In this document: positions 61,253-64,000 of the stretch, in pieces
How the letters are laid out: each line of letters begins with the position of its first letter
Numbering within the stretch: position 1 is the first letter of the stretch
DNA from: Entomortierella parvispora E1425
Lineage: Eukaryota > Fungi > Mortierellomycota
Assembly (NCBI GenBank): GCA_020891255.1
Contig: BQFW01000008.1
Location: 1,984,001-2,048,000 of the forward strand
Direction: 5' to 3'
DNA: 64,000 bases
Translations under genes and position numbers: made by a program
The notes under the pieces: model-generated
Seen by the model: the letters and a program-made list of their open reading frames with translations, nothing else
What the model was told of the DNA's origin: nothing
Database searches by the model: none

Positions 61253-62938
61253 CTAAAGGCCTCTGTCTTCCTGGAAGCGTTTCTTAATTTCTTTCAGCAA
61301 GTCTGCATCCAGGATACACTCCACACCAGCCATAGCCAAACCTTTGGCAGCTCTCAATGTCGCCAAATGAGCAAGTGGAGTTGCGGCGGCGGCTGCAAAT
61401 TTGATCGTGTGCAAGCCCATAGTCAAGTCGTCATGTCCAGCCAAGTTCAAAATGTTGAACATGGGATGGATTCCTGGAATAGCGTAGGTCAAGTTGCCCA
61501 TATCAGTTGATCCAGATAGTTTGGACTGCTGCTCAGCCTTCGAGCTGTAGTGCAAACCCTGGGCATTCATGTAATGTTCGAATTTCTCTGCCAGAGGGTC
61601 GTTCGTTAGGATGTCTACAAAATAAAGCCATTTGTTATCGTACTGCGCCATTCCTTCTGTTACGGGGGGCCGCAGAATGAATCACCCATAACCAATATCG
61701 CCTACCTTTATAGGGGGCACCCCATTTGATCTGAACAGAGCATCCAGTCGAGGCCGCCGCGCCTTTAAAAATCTTTTCAACTCGACCTTTCAAGATCTCG
61801 ACCTCCACATACTTGGGCGCACGAACAGTGTAGACAGACTTTGTGTAATCTGGAATGATATTAGCAGCTTTGCCCCCATCCTTGATAATTCCATGAACTC
61901 GCTGGGTAGGCTTCATTTGCTGGCGCATCAGGCCGATGTTTGTATAGGCGAGCACGGCAGCGTCGAGTGCGTTGATTCCTTCCCATGGCGAAGCCGAGGC
62001 ATGGGATGCTTTTCCAAAGAACTCGACTTCACAGGTCTCTAGCGATAGAAATGCGGGATAAACCACATCCGCGTTTGCTCCGTGTAACATCATGCACACA
62101 TCTACGCCTTCAAATGCCCCGTTATCCAGCATAGTAATTTTGCCTCCTAACGAGGTTACGATATGCAATATAGAACCGTAAGTATTCACTCTTCCAGATT
62201 AGTTCGAACATCTCGTACAACTACCATCAAGTAGGGACATAGCTGTGTTTACCAGACGTCTCTTCGGCCGGTGTACCAAAGAGTTTGACTTCAGCTTGGA
62301 GATCGAATTGCTCAATGACGGCCTTGAGCGCAATAGCCGTTGCTACTCCAGAGATTGCAATCAGGTTGTGACCACAGGCATGCCCTATTCCGGGAAGAGC
62401 ATCGTACTATACAGTAAAAAAAATCGTCAACTCAGTCGTTTTGAATGAACATATGGATCGAGACTTTCCTTTACCTCAGAGCAGATTCCAATGGTCACTC
62501 TGTCGGAATTTCCGGAACGAGCTACAAAAGCAGTCTCGAGACCATATGCATGCTGCTGAACTTCAAAGCCCTTTCTTTCAAGATAATTCGTCAGCAAGGA
62601 GTGCGCCTTGAATTCTTCATATCCAAGCTCTGGGTTCTCGTGAAGCTGTGCAAAGTAGATATATATGGTCAATTACTGTCATAAATAATGGGGCCCAGTC
62701 AGGAATGAAGGAAGCTTCGTACCTTTAAACTGATATGACGCAGCTCCGTGGAGACTCGTTCTATGGCCTCGTGAACTGTCTTCGCGAATTCATCTTGCTC
62801 CCAAAGTTCTGTCAAACGAATGCCAGCCGCTTGTGCAGCTGCCAATCTTGCGTTTGCAAAAAGCTGCTCGCTCATCTCTTGGCCACACAAAGGAAACGAG
62901 TCGTACGCTGGAGGGTTAGTGCAAGGGGCATCCGACAT
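61253..62938 (-). CDS. M20 family amidohydrolase (PM20D2/ACY1L2-like); 5 exons
   Basis: LHENPELGYEE, spliced SEYDALPGIGHACGHNLIA, GTPAEE, FFGKASHASASPWEGINALDA and GSTDMGN. Confidence 0.92.
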
Positions 62939-63445
62939 ATTCTCCTTTTCCTATGCAGTGGGTAGGTGGAGAGAGAAGAGTGTAGAGTTCACCAGGTTAT
63001 GCTCGAGCGAAAGACGGAATCGTTCGCACGGTTCAACATGCACATCTTTGCCAGCGCTAAACCACACTGGAGTTGGGAATAGACGTAGGGGCACCTTTGA
63101 TGCATATTGGACCAAACTCGATGAACGCTATAATCGCAAAAGGTGAATTACATTCGTTGTCTGGCTCGACTGACCGTCTCGCCCTGTCTTGGAGATGAAG
63201 AGTCCTTTGAAAATGGCCAGACATCCAGGGTTGGCTTGGGGCGATGGGGTGGGCCGGGTCGATTTCTCAGACATTTTACACAGTTGATTTCCCGGGGGAT
63301 GTTAAATTGACAAGTGATGGAGTGATGGGAAGCGAAGAGAAGGGCTAAAAAAGGTCGCGCTGGTTTGTCCCACGGAAAAGCGTTTCGTTTCCGTAAAAGG
63401 ACAGCATGATGATTTATTGAGTGCAAACATTCTGCGGCCTCATAT

Positions 63446-64000
63446 CTAATCGCGAGGCCAAATGCCTAGTTCTTGGAAATCGGTAATGATCTCCCTGAGA
63501 CTTTCCTCTGTCAAAGTAGGATGCTCATACTTAAAACCAGTGGACGCACAGATCTTGGTTCCGTTCAATGACAAAGCGTTGTTTAACAACAACTCCTGAT
63601 CAAGGTACGGCGTCAGGGGAGACGTCTTGATGTTGTTTGCTTTCAGAATATCAGACCATGGCGCCAAATGCATCTCGTTTGTGTCTTCGGTGGCCCCCTC
63701 CATGTTTGTCTGTAATATGATATACATTTAAAAAGATTAGCGATATAAGCAACTTCAAAAACCGCCCCTTCAATCTTAGACGGAGACTTACGCTGGCCAA
63801 CAACGACAAAGCAGTTCCTTGGTATCCAGTCTCGATTCCAAAGATACTTCTTATATGGGTATTGATCGCCTCTTGGTCTGGGAAGACAGAGAAAAAGGCC
63901 AGTTAGTCGAAATTGCAATAACCCTTTTTTTTCAATGTTTAAGCAAGCCATTCCCAGGGTCATACCAGTGTCATTTTCGTCGGCAAGGTTATAGATGGCA
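63446..64000 (-). CDS. C-terminal exons of a probable NAD-dependent epimerase/dehydratase (extended SDR); truncated by the window end
   Basis: Spliced …AIYNLADENDT|DQEAINTHIRSIFGIETGYQG…|…HLAPWSDILKANNIKTSPLTPYLDQELL…GFKYEHP; stop at 63446. Confidence 0.6.

Noticed and set aside
1-64000. U12-type introns, tRNA, rRNA, CRISPR arrays, transposase/RT ORFs
   Set aside because: No RTATCCTT donors in the reconstructed introns and no matching signatures seen by eye; tRNAscan and RepeatMasker were not run.

Overview
Gene-dense fungal genomic DNA. Short GT-AG introns with CTAAC-like branch sites and the protein families present suggest an early-diverging fungus, probably Mortierellaceae (inference). 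About 22 protein-coding genes can be reconstructed by hand-splicing: a 5'-truncated IPT/TIG-ankyrin-LRR protein, an O-fucosyltransferase-family protein, SEC63, a membrane-fused spermidine-synthase-like SAM-binding protein, a DDT/WHIM chromatin protein, an FAD monooxygenase, a TBC Rab-GAP, NEW1/Elf1 (eEF3 family), NOP53, a minimal SET protein, a FabG-like SDR with a PTS2 signal, HUS1, a Ser-rich surface protein, an orphan membrane protein, a mitochondrial carrier, a SulP sulfate permease, transketolase, ATP11, COA1, a Zn2Cys6 factor, a four-finger C2H2 factor, an M20 amidohydrolase and a truncated extended SDR. I found no rRNA, tRNA, CRISPR array or intact transposon, and no clear multi-gene novel system. 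The best leads are two unusual domain architectures (IPT-ANK-LRR; CreA-type finger pair plus a second finger pair), a 198-bp ATP11/COA1 divergent promoter, and several long structured introns. All family calls come from recalled motifs, not database searches.
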